Assembly: GCA_963662275.1 (NCBI GenBank)
Contig: OY759316.1
Span: 3,712,001-3,776,000 of the forward strand
Length of the DNA stretch: 64,000 nucleotides
Source of the DNA: Candidatus Cloacimonadales bacterium
Lineage (GTDB): Bacteria > Cloacimonadota > Cloacimonadia > Cloacimonadales > DAONDQ01
Direction of reading: 5' to 3'
The notes beneath the pieces were generated by a model that had not been told where the DNA came from, did no database searches, and saw only the letters and a program-made list of their open reading frames with translations. Of this stretch, positions 38,687-49,200 are shown one piece after another (the stretch's first letter is position 1; every line of letters starts with the position of its first letter). The position numbers were made by a program, and so were the translations under genes.

Positions 38687-39532
38687 ATGAAAGAAATCAA
38701 ATGCTTGCATATTTTTAATGCTGTCAGGGATACTTTACGTGAAATCAACCTTTCTCTTGATCCCAAGGTTAGGAATGCAATACAAAAGTATCTTATTGAA
38801 GAGAAGAACCCTTTGGCAATTGATGTTCTAAAGTCTCTGATAACAAATGCTGATTTGGCAATTCAACTCCAAAAGCCATTATGCCAGGACACTGGTGTCG
38901 TACTGGTTTTTATTGAAATAGGGCAAGAAGTTAGAATCATAGAAGGTGATATTAAGTCGACCATAAACCAAGCCGTGAAAACAGCTTATCAAGAGAATTA
39001 TTTTCGAAATTCGATGGTTAGTGATCCTGTCTTTTACCGTAATAATACAAAAACAAATACTCCAGCCATTCTCTATTTTGACTTCGTCCCAGGTGATCAG
39101 CTTAAGTTGATCATTGCTGCCAAAGGTGGAGGGGCTGAAAATATGAGTACTCTTCGAATGCTTTCACCATCCGCTGGAAGAAAAGGAATTATTGATTTTG
39201 TAATGGAAACCATCAATCATGCTGATGGAAAATCTTGTCCCCCAACTATTGTGGGTATCGGTGTTGGAGGAAATTTCGAACAGTGTGCGATTCTTTCCAA
39301 GAAAGCTCTGCTTCGTCCTTTTGGTTCACATCATGAATTACCTGAATGGGCTGACCTGGAGAAAGAACTGCTTACCTCCATAAATGCAACAGGTATCGGA
39401 CCACAAGGATTTGGAGGAAATACAACAGCTCTTGCTGTACAGATAGAAACCATGCCCTGTCACATTGCTTCACTACCGGTTGCTATCAATCTTCAGTGTC
39501 ATTCTCATCGGCATAAGACAGTTGTTTTGTAA
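38687..39532 (+). CDS. Fe-S fumarate hydratase (tartrate dehydratase-like) alpha subunit
   Basis: PLCQDTG, KGGGAEN, CPP.IVGIGVGG, GIGPQGFGG, CHIASLPVA, CHSHR. Confidence 0.92.
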   Translation: MKEIKCLHIFNAVRDTLREINLSLDPKVRNAIQKYLIEEKNPLAIDVLKSLITNADLAIQLQKPLCQDTGVVLVFIEIGQEVRIIEGDIKSTINQAVKTAYQENYFRNSMVSDPVFYRNNTKTNTPAILYFDFVPGDQLKLIIAAKGGGAENMSTLRMLSPSAGRKGIIDFVMETINHADGKSCPPTIVGIGVGGNFEQCAILSKKALLRPFGSHHELPEWADLEKELLTSINATGIGPQGFGGNTTALAVQIETMPCHIASLPVAINLQCHSHRHKTVVL

Positions 39533-39544
39533 GCAGGAGAGCAT

Positions 39545-40075
39545 ATGGAATATCATATCAGACTACCTCTTTCAGCAGAAGATGTGAAGAAACTTCACGT
39601 TGGGGATAAAGTCCTGCTTAGCGGTATCATGTATACAGCTAGAGACGAAGCGCATAAGCGCATGGATGATTTAATCCTAAGAGGTAAATCTCTACCCATA
39701 GATTTGAAGGATCAGGTTATCTTTTATGCTGGACCAACACCTGCTAGACCGGGTCAAATTAGCGGATCGATTGGACCAACAACAAGTGCGAGGATGGATT
39801 CACTCACTCCATTGCTACTCAAACAAGGGCTACGGGGTATGATCGGGAAAGGGAACCGTTCAGATGCATTAAAAGACATAATGCGAGGAAAAGCAATTTA
39901 CTTTACAGCAATTGGTGGAGCTGCTGTCCTGCTTGCTGAAAGTGTTGTAAAAATGGAAGTAGCTGCATTTGATGACCTTGGACCTGAAGCGATCTATCGT
40001 TTGGAAGTTAAGGATTTTCCTTGTTATGTCGCTATTGATCTTGAAGGGAATGATCTCTTCCAGAAATATAGATGA
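39545..40075 (+). CDS. Fe-S fumarate hydratase beta subunit
   Basis: TARDEAHKR, YAGP, GPTTSARM, IGKG, GGAA, LGPEAI. Confidence 0.92.
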   Translation: MEYHIRLPLSAEDVKKLHVGDKVLLSGIMYTARDEAHKRMDDLILRGKSLPIDLKDQVIFYAGPTPARPGQISGSIGPTTSARMDSLTPLLLKQGLRGMIGKGNRSDALKDIMRGKAIYFTAIGGAAVLLAESVVKMEVAAFDDLGPEAIYRLEVKDFPCYVAIDLEGNDLFQKYR

Positions 40076-40106
40076 AGAAGAAAACTAAAATAAGATAGAG
40101 GTTAAA

Positions 40107-41564
40107 ATGAAACAACTCGATATTCGATTACAGAATCTAGGGGAGTCTTTTCCTGAGTCTTTTACTCCTGAACAACGCGCAAAAGCGCAGACACTATTCT
40201 TAAAGACGCTTTCAGAAAAGGCTCATAGATTTTATTGCGGAAAGATGCAAACTCTTCCCAAAGCAGGTATATGGGGCTTTAATTGGTTTAATGTCTGGTA
40301 TACACCAGGCGTATCAAAAGTCTCTACAACGATACGTGATAATCATTTATCTTCCTATGATCTATCTAATCGGGGAAATCTAGTCGCTGTTGTCAGTGAT
40401 TCAACACGCGTACTCGGTGATGGTGACTGCAGTCCATCCGGTGGATTAGGTGTCATGGAAGGAAAGGCTTTCTTGATGAAATACTTGGGTGGAATAGATG
40501 CAATAGCTTTATGTATCGATAGTTATAATGAGAAAGGTAAGCATGATGCTCAAAAAATAATAGATTTTGTAAAAATGGTTCAACCTTCTTTCGGAGCAAT
40601 CAACCTGGAGGATATTTCTCAACCCAATTGCTACTATGTTCTTGATGAATTACGCAAAGTATGTGATATCCCGGTTTGGCATGATGATGCACAGGGAACT
40701 GCCTGTGTAACATTAGCTGGTTTAATCAATGCACTTCACTTGGCAGGTAAGGAAATCCAAACTGTTAAGACCGTGTTGTATGGTTCAGGTGCCTCCAACA
40801 CAACTATCGCCAGTTTCCTCATGCAAGCAGGTATGCCTGGTAAGAATATCATCCTTTTCGATAGTAAATCAGGTGTTCACATCAATAGACTTGATCTCAG
40901 GGATAACCCGGATAAATTCCGCCAATGGAAATTAGCCGAACAAACTAATCCAAAATGTGTTGAAGAAATACAAGAAGCTATGAAAAATGCAGATGTTCTA
41001 ATTGCTCTTTCAACCCCAGGACCTGATACAATTAAACCGGAATGGATCAGATCCATGGCACTTAAACCGATCGTTTTTGCCTGTGCAAATCCTATCCCTG
41101 AAATCTATCCTTATGCTGCAAAGGAAGCAGGTGCTTTTATTGTGGCAACAGGTAGAGGAGATTTTCCCAACCAAGTGAACAATTCTTTGGGTTTTCCTGG
41201 TATCCTGAAAGGTGCTCTCATGGTACGAGCATTGAAGATAACTGACTCAATGGCAATTCGAGCGGCAAGATCTTTGGCTGATTATGCCAGAAAACGCGGT
41301 ATCACAACTGATAATATTATTCCAAACATGGAAGAAGTTGGGGTTTTTCCTGAAGAAGCTGCTTCCGTGGCTATGCAGGCAATCGAAGATGGAGTTGCCA
41401 GGATCAACTTAACATATGAGGAAGCCTATGCAATAGCAAAAAGAGATATCGAAGCAGCACGTCATGCAACACAAGCATTGATGCAGGAAGGATGTATCCA
41501 GGACCCTCCCTTGGAAATGCTGCAGGAAGCATTGGAAGATACGATCAGACAAATTAGCGGATAA
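40107..41564 (+). CDS. NAD(P)-dependent malic enzyme
   Basis: YTPGV, VMEGKA, INLEDI, HDDAQGTA, ACANPIPEI, TGRGDFPNQVNN. Confidence 0.9.
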   Translation: MKQLDIRLQNLGESFPESFTPEQRAKAQTLFLKTLSEKAHRFYCGKMQTLPKAGIWGFNWFNVWYTPGVSKVSTTIRDNHLSSYDLSNRGNLVAVVSDSTRVLGDGDCSPSGGLGVMEGKAFLMKYLGGIDAIALCIDSYNEKGKHDAQKIIDFVKMVQPSFGAINLEDISQPNCYYVLDELRKVCDIPVWHDDAQGTACVTLAGLINALHLAGKEIQTVKTVLYGSGASNTTIASFLMQAGMPGKNIILFDSKSGVHINRLDLRDNPDKFRQWKLAEQTNPKCVEEIQEAMKNADVLIALSTPGPDTIKPEWIRSMALKPIVFACANPIPEIYPYAAKEAGAFIVATGRGDFPNQVNNSLGFPGILKGALMVRALKITDSMAIRAARSLADYARKRGITTDNIIPNMEEVGVFPEEAASVAMQAIEDGVARINLTYEEAYAIAKRDIEAARHATQALMQEGCIQDPPLEMLQEALEDTIRQISG

Positions 41565-41567
41565 TCT

Positions 41568-41598
41568 AGTAGAGACGCCCTATAGGACGTCTCTACTA
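41568..41598. repeat. REP-like palindrome
   Basis: TAGTAGAGACGCCCTATAGGACGTCTCTACTA immediately after the malic enzyme stop. Confidence 0.65.
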
Positions 41599-41638
41599 GA
41601 AAAGAAGGATAGACACATGGGGCTATCCCTACATACTA

Positions 41639-41669
41639 ATAAAAAGGCAGTCGTTAGACTGCCTTTTTT
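41639..41669. terminator. Bidirectional rho-independent terminator
   Basis: AAAAAGGCAGTC-gtta-GACTGCCTTTTTT between convergent genes. Confidence 0.85.
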
Positions 41670-41691
41670 ATGTTATTCTTGATTAGCTATT

Positions 41692-41976
41692 TTAAAAAAC
41701 TCCAAAGACTTTCAACAGTATCAGTATCAATAATACAAAATTAACAGACCAACCAATGTAAAGCCTTAGTCGGACTGTCTCAACGAGAGTACGATTTTCC
41801 TGGATCTTCTTTTCCAGGCGAACAAGCATATTCTCGATAGTTGCAATCTGTTCTTCTGTACGGTCACCTTTGTTGGTAAAACCATCATGTTTAGCTTTTC
41901 TAATCCTTGCCATGATGATTGAAGCAAGGGCAGAGCCAAAGGCAGATAACAATTTCGTTGATACCTTAATACCCAT
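41692..41976 (-). CDS. Hypothetical small membrane/coiled-coil protein
   Basis: GGAGG RBS, coiled-coil segment, C-terminal TM helix. Confidence 0.6.
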   Translation of the reverse strand: MGIKVSTKLLSAFGSALASIIMARIRKAKHDGFTNKGDRTEEQIATIENMLVRLEKKIQENRTLVETVRLRLYIGWSVNFVLLILILLKVFGVF

Positions 41977-41993
41977 GGTTTCAGCCTCCTATC

Positions 41994-42842
41994 TTAAAAC
42001 TGATAACCAACACTAAAGTGATGAGTTGCATCAAGAACAGCATGAATCATATAGGTATAATCCAACTGTATCTTTTGAACTTTAAAACCTGCACCCATTG
42101 AATAAACACTGGGATTATTATGCACACCAAAACGCAAAGCGAACATAGGAAATACGCTGACTTCCACACCACCATGAATTTCTGTGGCTTGACCAAAATC
42201 CTGTTTCAAATCGACTGAAGTGGTAACCCCTTCATAAGGAATATAAGAAATACCGGCATCAAGTCGTTTAGGAAGTTTTTCTTCATTATTCTTACCCATA
42301 TCAGGTGAGTTCAGATTGGAAGCAAAAAATCCGATTCTTGTTCTTTGGTGCAGAACAGCAAGACCACCAAAACCAACGCCAAATGTACTTTCAGAACCGT
42401 ATTCCACCATCTGTAAATGGTAAAGGCTAGCTGTATAGCCTAAAATTATTTGCGAGTGAATGTCCTTCACTAAAGTTAATGAATGCGCAAAAGTATAGGT
42501 ACCTTCACTCATCAGATTCGTATCTTCAAAGTTTACATCGAAACTTTCCATCCCGATTCCGACTGTACCCAGACCCTTGGGAAGAGTATAAATACCGGAG
42601 GCTGTCTTTAACTGTGAAAATTCCATATTGTAGAGATTTGAGAATCCAATCTGAACATTATTTGCTCCAAGTCCGATACCCGCTGGGTTATAAAAAACAC
42701 CACCGGCATCATCAGAAACAGAAGCATAGGCACCACCCATAGCTCGAGCACGGGCAGATGGTTCGTAATTATCAAAGATTGCTGATAATGCAACTGTACT
42801 GATTAAAAAAAGCACGAGTACTAAGATATATTTTGATTTCAT
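41994..42842 (-). CDS. PorV/PorQ-like (FadL-related) outer-membrane beta-barrel protein
   Basis: Signal peptide; SARARAMGGAYASVSDDAGGVFYNPAG; ends HHFSVGYQF. Confidence 0.75.
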   Translation of the reverse strand: MKSKYILVLVLFLISTVALSAIFDNYEPSARARAMGGAYASVSDDAGGVFYNPAGIGLGANNVQIGFSNLYNMEFSQLKTASGIYTLPKGLGTVGIGMESFDVNFEDTNLMSEGTYTFAHSLTLVKDIHSQIILGYTASLYHLQMVEYGSESTFGVGFGGLAVLHQRTRIGFFASNLNSPDMGKNNEEKLPKRLDAGISYIPYEGVTTSVDLKQDFGQATEIHGGVEVSVFPMFALRFGVHNNPSVYSMGAGFKVQKIQLDYTYMIHAVLDATHHFSVGYQF

Positions 42843-42853
42843 TATGTTACCCC

Positions 42854-44344
42854 TTATTTCAACGGTGTGCCGACAACAATAGGTTGAACAGTACTCTGTT
42901 TATCGCCATTTGCTCTATCTATGAGTTCTACATGACAATAATATAGCCCGATAGGCACCATGTTCATCTCAGAATTGCGACCATCCCAATCGACTGAAGT
43001 CACACCACTACCAGAATTAATCACTTCATTGAAAAGCGTTATCACCAAACGACCCTGACTATCATATATTCTTAAAATCCCTTTCATTTTAGAGGCTGTT
43101 GTGGATTCATTTGTCTTTCCTCCAAAATCTATGCGTATCTTTTCCATCTTGGGATTGAAATGATTAAGTGAATATTTAGGATTGTAAGAAAAAGATGGAT
43201 TATAAATATTCATAAACGCCTGCTTTTTCGGAATCATAATACTTACTTTTCCAGCAGATAAATCTTCAATTGCTGTTGTATTGTATTTGAAGTTATACAA
43301 TTTAAGTGGAGAACTTCCAAACAATTTTGTTCTCGCTCTTAGTATTAAGAGAGTATCATCCGCAGCACAGGTCAATACATTCGTGGTTTCATAGGATACA
43401 TAGATTGTATCTGCGCTCAACACGCTATAGGTGATATGAAGAGAATCTGCGATTCCATTTTCGGAAAGAATTGTATTTTCAAAAGTAAATGAATCTTTCA
43501 GAATTTCCAACCGCTGAGGATCATATTCCAAAGCAAAAGAGAACTTCTTGAAGTTATAATCTGACCTCAGAAGTGATGTTACAATGGGAATATCAACAAT
43601 CGAGTTTGAAGTAGCCGATAAATTTTCTGAAATTGAAATTTGAGAGAAGCGAATCATATCTGAATAAGAACGTGGATTTATAGCATATTCATTATGACCA
43701 TAATCAACAACGCCTCTAATCTTATACCAGGTTTCGTTCATGAAAATGGGAGTAGATAAACCAGAAAAGGTAACAACTGATGAAAAACCGTCATCTATCT
43801 GACCAGAACCGCTTCCATCTGTTACTTTCCATTCATAGTAGGTGGCAGTAGGAGTGGCAGTTACTCTGACATTTTTAACCTGGACTAAAACACCTTCATA
43901 TGGTTCGATATTAGCAGCTTGGGTCAACATAAGAGTTGTGATATCAATGGGTCCGGGAATTGGATTTCCACGGCTTATCACTTCCACTGTTGTTACAGGA
44001 CCTAATTCAGTAAGCCCATTATATTCGGAGACAAGTCCTGTTACATTCACAATATCTCCAACTAAAATACTCGTATAATAAGTATTATCATAAACATATA
44101 AACCTGACCAAGGTCCTCCGCCAAGATCAGAAACATACCAACCATGACCGGTAGTACTTCCACTTCCACCAGAATATTCTTTTGCTATCACAACTACATT
44201 CGTAACTGTGACAGATTGCCCTGCAAGTGGTGATGGATAGGTACCTGTAACTGTCGTATACTGGATATCATGAACTGACACGGCAAGAAGTGATGCCGAT
44301 GCCAGAAGGAATAATACCAGAAGCAACCATAGATTTTTTTTCAT
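42854..44344 (-). CDS. Secreted protein with an OB-fold-like N-terminal region and a FlgD-Ig-like C-terminal domain
   Basis: Start reassigned to MKKNLWLL (44344, GGAGG RBS); VHDIQ..SPLAGQSVTV, EPYEGVLVQV; IYDSQGRLV...WDGRN...PIGLY. Confidence 0.65.
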   Translation of the reverse strand: MKKNLWLLLVLFLLASASLLAVSVHDIQYTTVTGTYPSPLAGQSVTVTNVVVIAKEYSGGSGSTTGHGWYVSDLGGGPWSGLYVYDNTYYTSILVGDIVNVTGLVSEYNGLTELGPVTTVEVISRGNPIPGPIDITTLMLTQAANIEPYEGVLVQVKNVRVTATPTATYYEWKVTDGSGSGQIDDGFSSVVTFSGLSTPIFMNETWYKIRGVVDYGHNEYAINPRSYSDMIRFSQISISENLSATSNSIVDIPIVTSLLRSDYNFKKFSFALEYDPQRLEILKDSFTFENTILSENGIADSLHITYSVLSADTIYVSYETTNVLTCAADDTLLILRARTKLFGSSPLKLYNFKYNTTAIEDLSAGKVSIMIPKKQAFMNIYNPSFSYNPKYSLNHFNPKMEKIRIDFGGKTNESTTASKMKGILRIYDSQGRLVITLFNEVINSGSGVTSVDWDGRNSEMNMVPIGLYYCHVELIDRANGDKQSTVQPIVVGTPLK

Positions 44345-44355
44345 AAATAGCCTCC

Positions 44356-44847
44356 TCAGGCTTGCGGGATATTTTTTTTGTGTTCGAAAAATAAAATATA
44401 GATAGCTAATATGCACATCGCAATCACAATAGAACTATCAGCTACGTTAAAAATTGGCCAACGTTGCATGATTACATCAGGAAAGTCACAATCCAAAAAA
44501 TCAGTAACACTTCCTAAAAATATGCGATCAATAACATTGCCAAATGCTCCACCGATAACAAGTGAAAAACCAATATTTTGCCATGTGTTTCGGGAGAGAT
44601 TAAGAAGATATAAGATGAATCCTACAGCAATAAAGGTAATGAAAATAAAAAACAATCTGTTTACTGAAGGACTACCCAAACTTAAACTAAAAGCTGCACC
44701 TGTATTCTTAGTATAAGTTAACATTAAGAATTGCCCTAAGACAGGGATAGACTGACCTTCTGACATAAAATGCCTGATAGTTGCTTTAGATATCTGATCT
44801 AAAATAACAACAGCAAGTGAAAGCCAGAGCCATTTTACATTCTTCAT
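44356..44847 (-). CDS. lspA: Lipoprotein signal peptidase II
   Basis: LDQISK, NTGAAFS, GAFGNVIDR, VTDF, FNVADS. Confidence 0.95.
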   Translation of the reverse strand: MKNVKWLWLSLAVVILDQISKATIRHFMSEGQSIPVLGQFLMLTYTKNTGAAFSLSLGSPSVNRLFFIFITFIAVGFILYLLNLSRNTWQNIGFSLVIGGAFGNVIDRIFLGSVTDFLDCDFPDVIMQRWPIFNVADSSIVIAMCILAIYILFFEHKKNIPQA

Positions 44848-45245
44848 CTCGAATTTTTACTCTTTTTCTTTTCTTCTTTTTCCATACAGGAAATACAATA
44901 TCTTGCATAAGAGATTACTTTTAACCTTTCTTCGGGAATTGCTTTTCCACAAATCTCACAAATCCCATAATTGCCTTCGTAGAGACGCCTTAATGACTGG
45001 TTGAGCATTTTGACCTTCTCTTGTTCTTGCTCCAACATATAGACTTGGTTTTCCATGGAATTTGTATCGGAACCCTGGTCTGCCTGGTGAAACGCATATC
45101 CGGATAAATCACCAGCACTTTCCTTAGCTCCTCGACTTTGCATGTCGTTTATGCTTTTAATCATTTTCAGACTTTCGTCTCGTTCCTTGAGAATGATATC
45201 TTCAAAGAACTTTAGTTGTTTTTCACTTAATACTTTCTCAGCCAT
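44844..45245 (-). CDS. dksA: TraR/DksA C4-type zinc finger protein
   Basis: HQADQGSD, YGICEICGKAIPEERL...YCISC. Confidence 0.85.
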   Translation of the reverse strand: MAEKVLSEKQLKFFEDIILKERDESLKMIKSINDMQSRGAKESAGDLSGYAFHQADQGSDTNSMENQVYMLEQEQEKVKMLNQSLRRLYEGNYGICEICGKAIPEERLKVISYARYCISCMEKEEKKKSKNSR

Positions 45246-45395
45246 CTGTTATCCCTCTCATTCCGTTTTCTTAACGATCGGAAAGCTATGCAAAATCAAT
45301 GGGAGAACTCTCCCAAAGAGTCAAGTATAATTCCATTTTAAGTAAATTGCTGTCAATACAATTTCATAGCAAGTATCAAGGAAAAGTTTTGAAGC

Positions 45396-46208
45396 TTAGA
45401 TCTCCTGCAAAATCTGCATAATCAGAGACTGTAGATTCTTCTTTGCTTTCCCGGCATAAAGATTGATTTCTTCTTGAGAATGGGGTTCTGAATGGAATAT
45501 ATTACTCATATTGGTAGCAACGGAAATAGCTAAAACACGAATACCTGCTTGCCTGGCTGTGATTACTTCCGGTACTGTGGACATGCCCACCAAATCTGCA
45601 CCTAATAGGGCAAAAGCTTTGCATTCTGCTCTTGTTTCCATACTGGGACCGCTTACGGCAAGGTAAATTCCTGAAAACAGATTGAATCCTTGTTTTTTAG
45701 CGATCTCAAATGCCTTGACTCGTAATTCGTGATCATAAGGTTCATTAAGAGATGGAAATCTTTCTCCAAGTTCAGGATCATTAGTTCCAATCAACGGATT
45801 TGTGCCCATAAAATTGATATGATCTTCCAGGAGTACCAGTGAACCGGGCTGAAATTCTTCGTTCAGGCTACCCGCGGCATTTGTTACTATCATCGTTTTG
45901 ACACCCATAAGTTGGAATGCCCTGACGGTGATAATTACTTTTTCCATCGGATGTCCTTCATAAAAATGAAAACGACCTTGCATAACAGCTACTTTTGTCT
46001 TTCCAAGATTACCAATTACTAAATTACCAGCATGTGAGGGAGCTGTCGTCTTTGTGAAGCCCGGTATGTCACGGTAGGGAATGACCAGCGGATCACTGAC
46101 AAAATCGACCAGGTCATTCAAGCCAGTCCCCAAAATAATCCCGACTTCCGGTTTACAAGGTATGTGTTCATCCAAATACTGTTTCATGGCTATTAGTTGT
46201 TCATTCAT
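45396..46208 (-). CDS. punA: Purine-nucleoside phosphorylase
   Basis: GIILGTGL, QGRFHFYEG, TNAAG, GADLVGMSTVPE; start taken as MNEQ (46208). Confidence 0.92.
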   Translation of the reverse strand: MNEQLIAMKQYLDEHIPCKPEVGIILGTGLNDLVDFVSDPLVIPYRDIPGFTKTTAPSHAGNLVIGNLGKTKVAVMQGRFHFYEGHPMEKVIITVRAFQLMGVKTMIVTNAAGSLNEEFQPGSLVLLEDHINFMGTNPLIGTNDPELGERFPSLNEPYDHELRVKAFEIAKKQGFNLFSGIYLAVSGPSMETRAECKAFALLGADLVGMSTVPEVITARQAGIRVLAISVATNMSNIFHSEPHSQEEINLYAGKAKKNLQSLIMQILQEI

Positions 46209-46767
46209 TATTACCTTCAATTTTTGGAACAACATCTTCCTTGATCATTTGAAATTCTTTATCAAGTCGTTGTTCCTGGTCTTTTATTAGTAGTGGATCT
46301 TTGTTGATCCTTTCCATAAATGTTTGTAATTCTATCCGGAACTGCATCAGGAATTGCCGTTTTTGCTCTTTCATGCTCATATATTGGTGTTCGAGTACAC
46401 TCAGATATTGGCGTGCTTCCTGGATGGTCTTTTTCGCTTTTAATTCTGCTTCATGGATAATATTTTCCCCTTCCTGTCTGGCATTAGCAATGATATCTGC
46501 CTTTGTTTTCTCTGCCAGGACGAGTGTACGAGTAATCAGTTCTTCCCTTCGTTTCAAATCAGATATGGCTGAATTGGCACTCCTTGCTTCTTCTTCTGCA
46601 GAATGATGCTGACGTATTGACTCATCAGCCTTACGTTCCCATTGGAGTTTAAATTCCTCCATCTCATCAGCGATCTGCTCCAGAAATGCCATAACATCAT
46701 TTTTATTAAAACCTGAAAAAGAAGTACGAAATTCTTTGTGTCTAATATCTACAGGATTGATTGCCAT
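46201..46767 (-). CDS. divIVA: DivIVA domain protein
   Basis: INPVDIRHKEF...GFNKNDVMAFL followed by coiled coil. Confidence 0.85.
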   Translation of the reverse strand: MAINPVDIRHKEFRTSFSGFNKNDVMAFLEQIADEMEEFKLQWERKADESIRQHHSAEEEARSANSAISDLKRREELITRTLVLAEKTKADIIANARQEGENIIHEAELKAKKTIQEARQYLSVLEHQYMSMKEQKRQFLMQFRIELQTFMERINKDPLLIKDQEQRLDKEFQMIKEDVVPKIEGNNE

Positions 46768-46786
46768 TGATAACTCCCGTTCGTAT

Positions 46787-47026
46787 TTATCTTACTAATA
46801 GTATTTTAATGCCTTCAATGACCAGGATCACAATCATCGGCGAAAAATCTATCCCCGACATGGGAATGATGCGTCGGATAGGATTCATGACCGGATCAGT
46901 AATGTCTGATAAGAAACGAATAATGTGATTATTTGGATCTGGATTGAACCATGACAAGACAGCTCTGATTACGATCAGAATTTCATAAACATTCAGAATG
47001 GCAATCAGGAGTCTCAATAGATTCAT
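46787..47026 (-). CDS. yggT: YggT family membrane protein
   Basis: [25 protein letters not shown]. Confidence 0.9.
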   Translation of the reverse strand: MNLLRLLIAILNVYEILIVIRAVLSWFNPDPNNHIIRFLSDITDPVMNPIRRIIPMSGIDFSPMIVILVIEGIKILLVR

Positions 47027-47586
47027 GAATCCAATACCTCATGACAATTCCGACAGCGAGCTTCATAAATATCACTTGCTCCAACCAGGATCGTATCGCC
47101 ATCTTTTACCAAACGTTGGGTTCGATTCGCAGGATTTCCACATTTCATACAAATTGCCAGATTTTTTGTGATATATTCTGCTATCGCCAATAATTGAGGC
47201 ATTGGTCCAAATGGCTTTCCTGTAAAATCCTGGTCAAGTCCGGCAACGATGACTCTCTTTCCCATATCCGCTATGCGTTCACACACATCGATTATTCCAT
47301 CATCTAAAAACTGGGCTTCATCTATGGCAACGACTTTGGTCTTGGGCTTCAGTCGTTCCAGTATTTCAGCGGAATTACTAATGATTTCCGAAGGTGCTTT
47401 CATCATGGAATGAGATACAATGTTCATTTGATCGTATCGATTATCAATCGCTGGTTTAAAAACTTGTACTTTTTGCTTCGCATATTCAGCCCTGCGAATT
47501 CGACGAATTAATTCTTCCGTCTTACCGCTGAACATACTACCACAAATGACTTCTATCCATCCGGTTTGATGTACAGTTATATTCAT
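47023..47586 (-). CDS. tdk: Thymidine kinase
   Basis: [25 protein letters not shown]-terminal Zn-binding cysteines. Confidence 0.96.
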   Translation of the reverse strand: MNITVHQTGWIEVICGSMFSGKTEELIRRIRRAEYAKQKVQVFKPAIDNRYDQMNIVSHSMMKAPSEIISNSAEILERLKPKTKVVAIDEAQFLDDGIIDVCERIADMGKRVIVAGLDQDFTGKPFGPMPQLLAIAEYITKNLAICMKCGNPANRTQRLVKDGDTILVGASDIYEARCRNCHEVLDS

Positions 47587-47908
47587 AAGCCTTTTTCTCC
47601 CTCGACATTAAAATTAGGACTTCCCAAAAGTGTCAATTAAATTGTCCTGTACAATTAGCAAGCGTGAAATGTTAGAAATTTGCAGTTAGAAATATAGGTG
47701 GTGATATAGCATCATTAATCTTGTCTTATAAAATAGTTTTTCTTTTCTTTTTTCGATGTTTTGAACATGGTGTCTATTATTCCAGGATCAGCACCAACTA
47801 AAGTCGGCGTTTCAGAATTCTATTCAGAATATTAAAAAATAAAATAATACTTGACGCACATAAATTTAGTTCTCCCTATTGCCACATACTCTAAAGGAGG
47901 TCTTCACT

Positions 47909-49147
47909 ATGCGACGATATTTATTTATTCTCATTTTTCTCTTCATCACTGTAGCAGCTATGGCAATTGATTCATTTTCCAAACCTGTTGATATGCATAC
48001 TTTAAATGGACCTATGATGAATAATCCAGGACGTGGATGGAGGTTAAGTCAAGAACTTCAGGAAAACTTTAATGATGAAACATGGAGTTATGATAACAAA
48101 AGCGAATGCTATTATAATTCAGCTCATCCAACGGCAATAGACAGTACAGTGACGTTCAACTACTATTCAGGTACATGGAATCATTATGAAACTGATATCT
48201 ATGTTTATGATCCTACATTTGAATATTTAAATGCATTAATTATTGATAATAATTTTACCAATGCAATCTACGAATACAATGATCAGCATTATTTGACAGA
48301 AAAACTGGTGTGGGCATATAGAAATCATTATCAATATATCAATAATAGATTGTCTGCCATCTATTCATGGCAATGGAGTCCTAGTAATCCTTCGTATCAC
48401 AAAGAAATACCTGATTTTGATACATCTGGTAGAATTATAAGTTCGACTAATCAGGTATCCCCTGATTCTACAAATTGGGTTAATTTTGAACATGTTGATA
48501 GAAGCTTTCATAGTCATGACACAACTACCGGTGACATCTTCAATACTAATTTTGCACATCAATATCCGCTTGGGGGCTTTTTCAACTCTAACCCTTACGG
48601 AATGGTTTCGCAAGAAATCTATAAAAGTTGGTCTAATGGTGAATGGATAAATGACAGAAGATACGATTATTCCTATGATGCTTCTGATAAACGAACATTC
48701 TATATTAAAATGATATGGAATGATACTTCATGGGAAAATGAACAACAGATAATATCAAGCTATGATATCAACGGCAATATTTCAGTAAGACTTGGTCTAT
48801 GGTGGAATCCTGACTCTTTATCATGGGAAAATAGTTACAGGGTAACATATACTTGGGAACAAACAACAGCCAATGATGATCAAACTACACCCGTTGTTAA
48901 GGGACTATCCTTATCAGCCTATCCCAATCCTTTCCAATCCCATGTGGATATCCAAGTGAATACCAAATCAAATCAACCAATCCAAATTGAAGTATTCAAC
49001 ATCAAAGGACAATCAGTATATCATGCAAAGGCAATGCCAAACACACAAATCACTATGGATGGAAAGTCGCTTAGTTCAGGAATCTATTTCGTGAAGGCAA
49101 AGCAGGGAAATGAGACCAGTGTACGGAAGGTGCTGAAGCTGAAATGA
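47909..49147 (+). CDS. Secreted Tyr/Trp-rich repeat protein with a T9SS-type-A-like C-terminal domain
   Basis: Start ATG 47909 after GGAGG; W.N..R..Y.YD repeats; AYPNPF...SSGIYFVK...KVLKLK. Confidence 0.75.
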   Translation: MRRYLFILIFLFITVAAMAIDSFSKPVDMHTLNGPMMNNPGRGWRLSQELQENFNDETWSYDNKSECYYNSAHPTAIDSTVTFNYYSGTWNHYETDIYVYDPTFEYLNALIIDNNFTNAIYEYNDQHYLTEKLVWAYRNHYQYINNRLSAIYSWQWSPSNPSYHKEIPDFDTSGRIISSTNQVSPDSTNWVNFEHVDRSFHSHDTTTGDIFNTNFAHQYPLGGFFNSNPYGMVSQEIYKSWSNGEWINDRRYDYSYDASDKRTFYIKMIWNDTSWENEQQIISSYDINGNISVRLGLWWNPDSLSWENSYRVTYTWEQTTANDDQTTPVVKGLSLSAYPNPFQSHVDIQVNTKSNQPIQIEVFNIKGQSVYHAKAMPNTQITMDGKSLSSGIYFVKAKQGNETSVRKVLKLK

Positions 49148-49200
49148 CACGTTTTACCCTGATTGATAGATAACCCAAGATCACCAGCAAGGAGGTTTGT

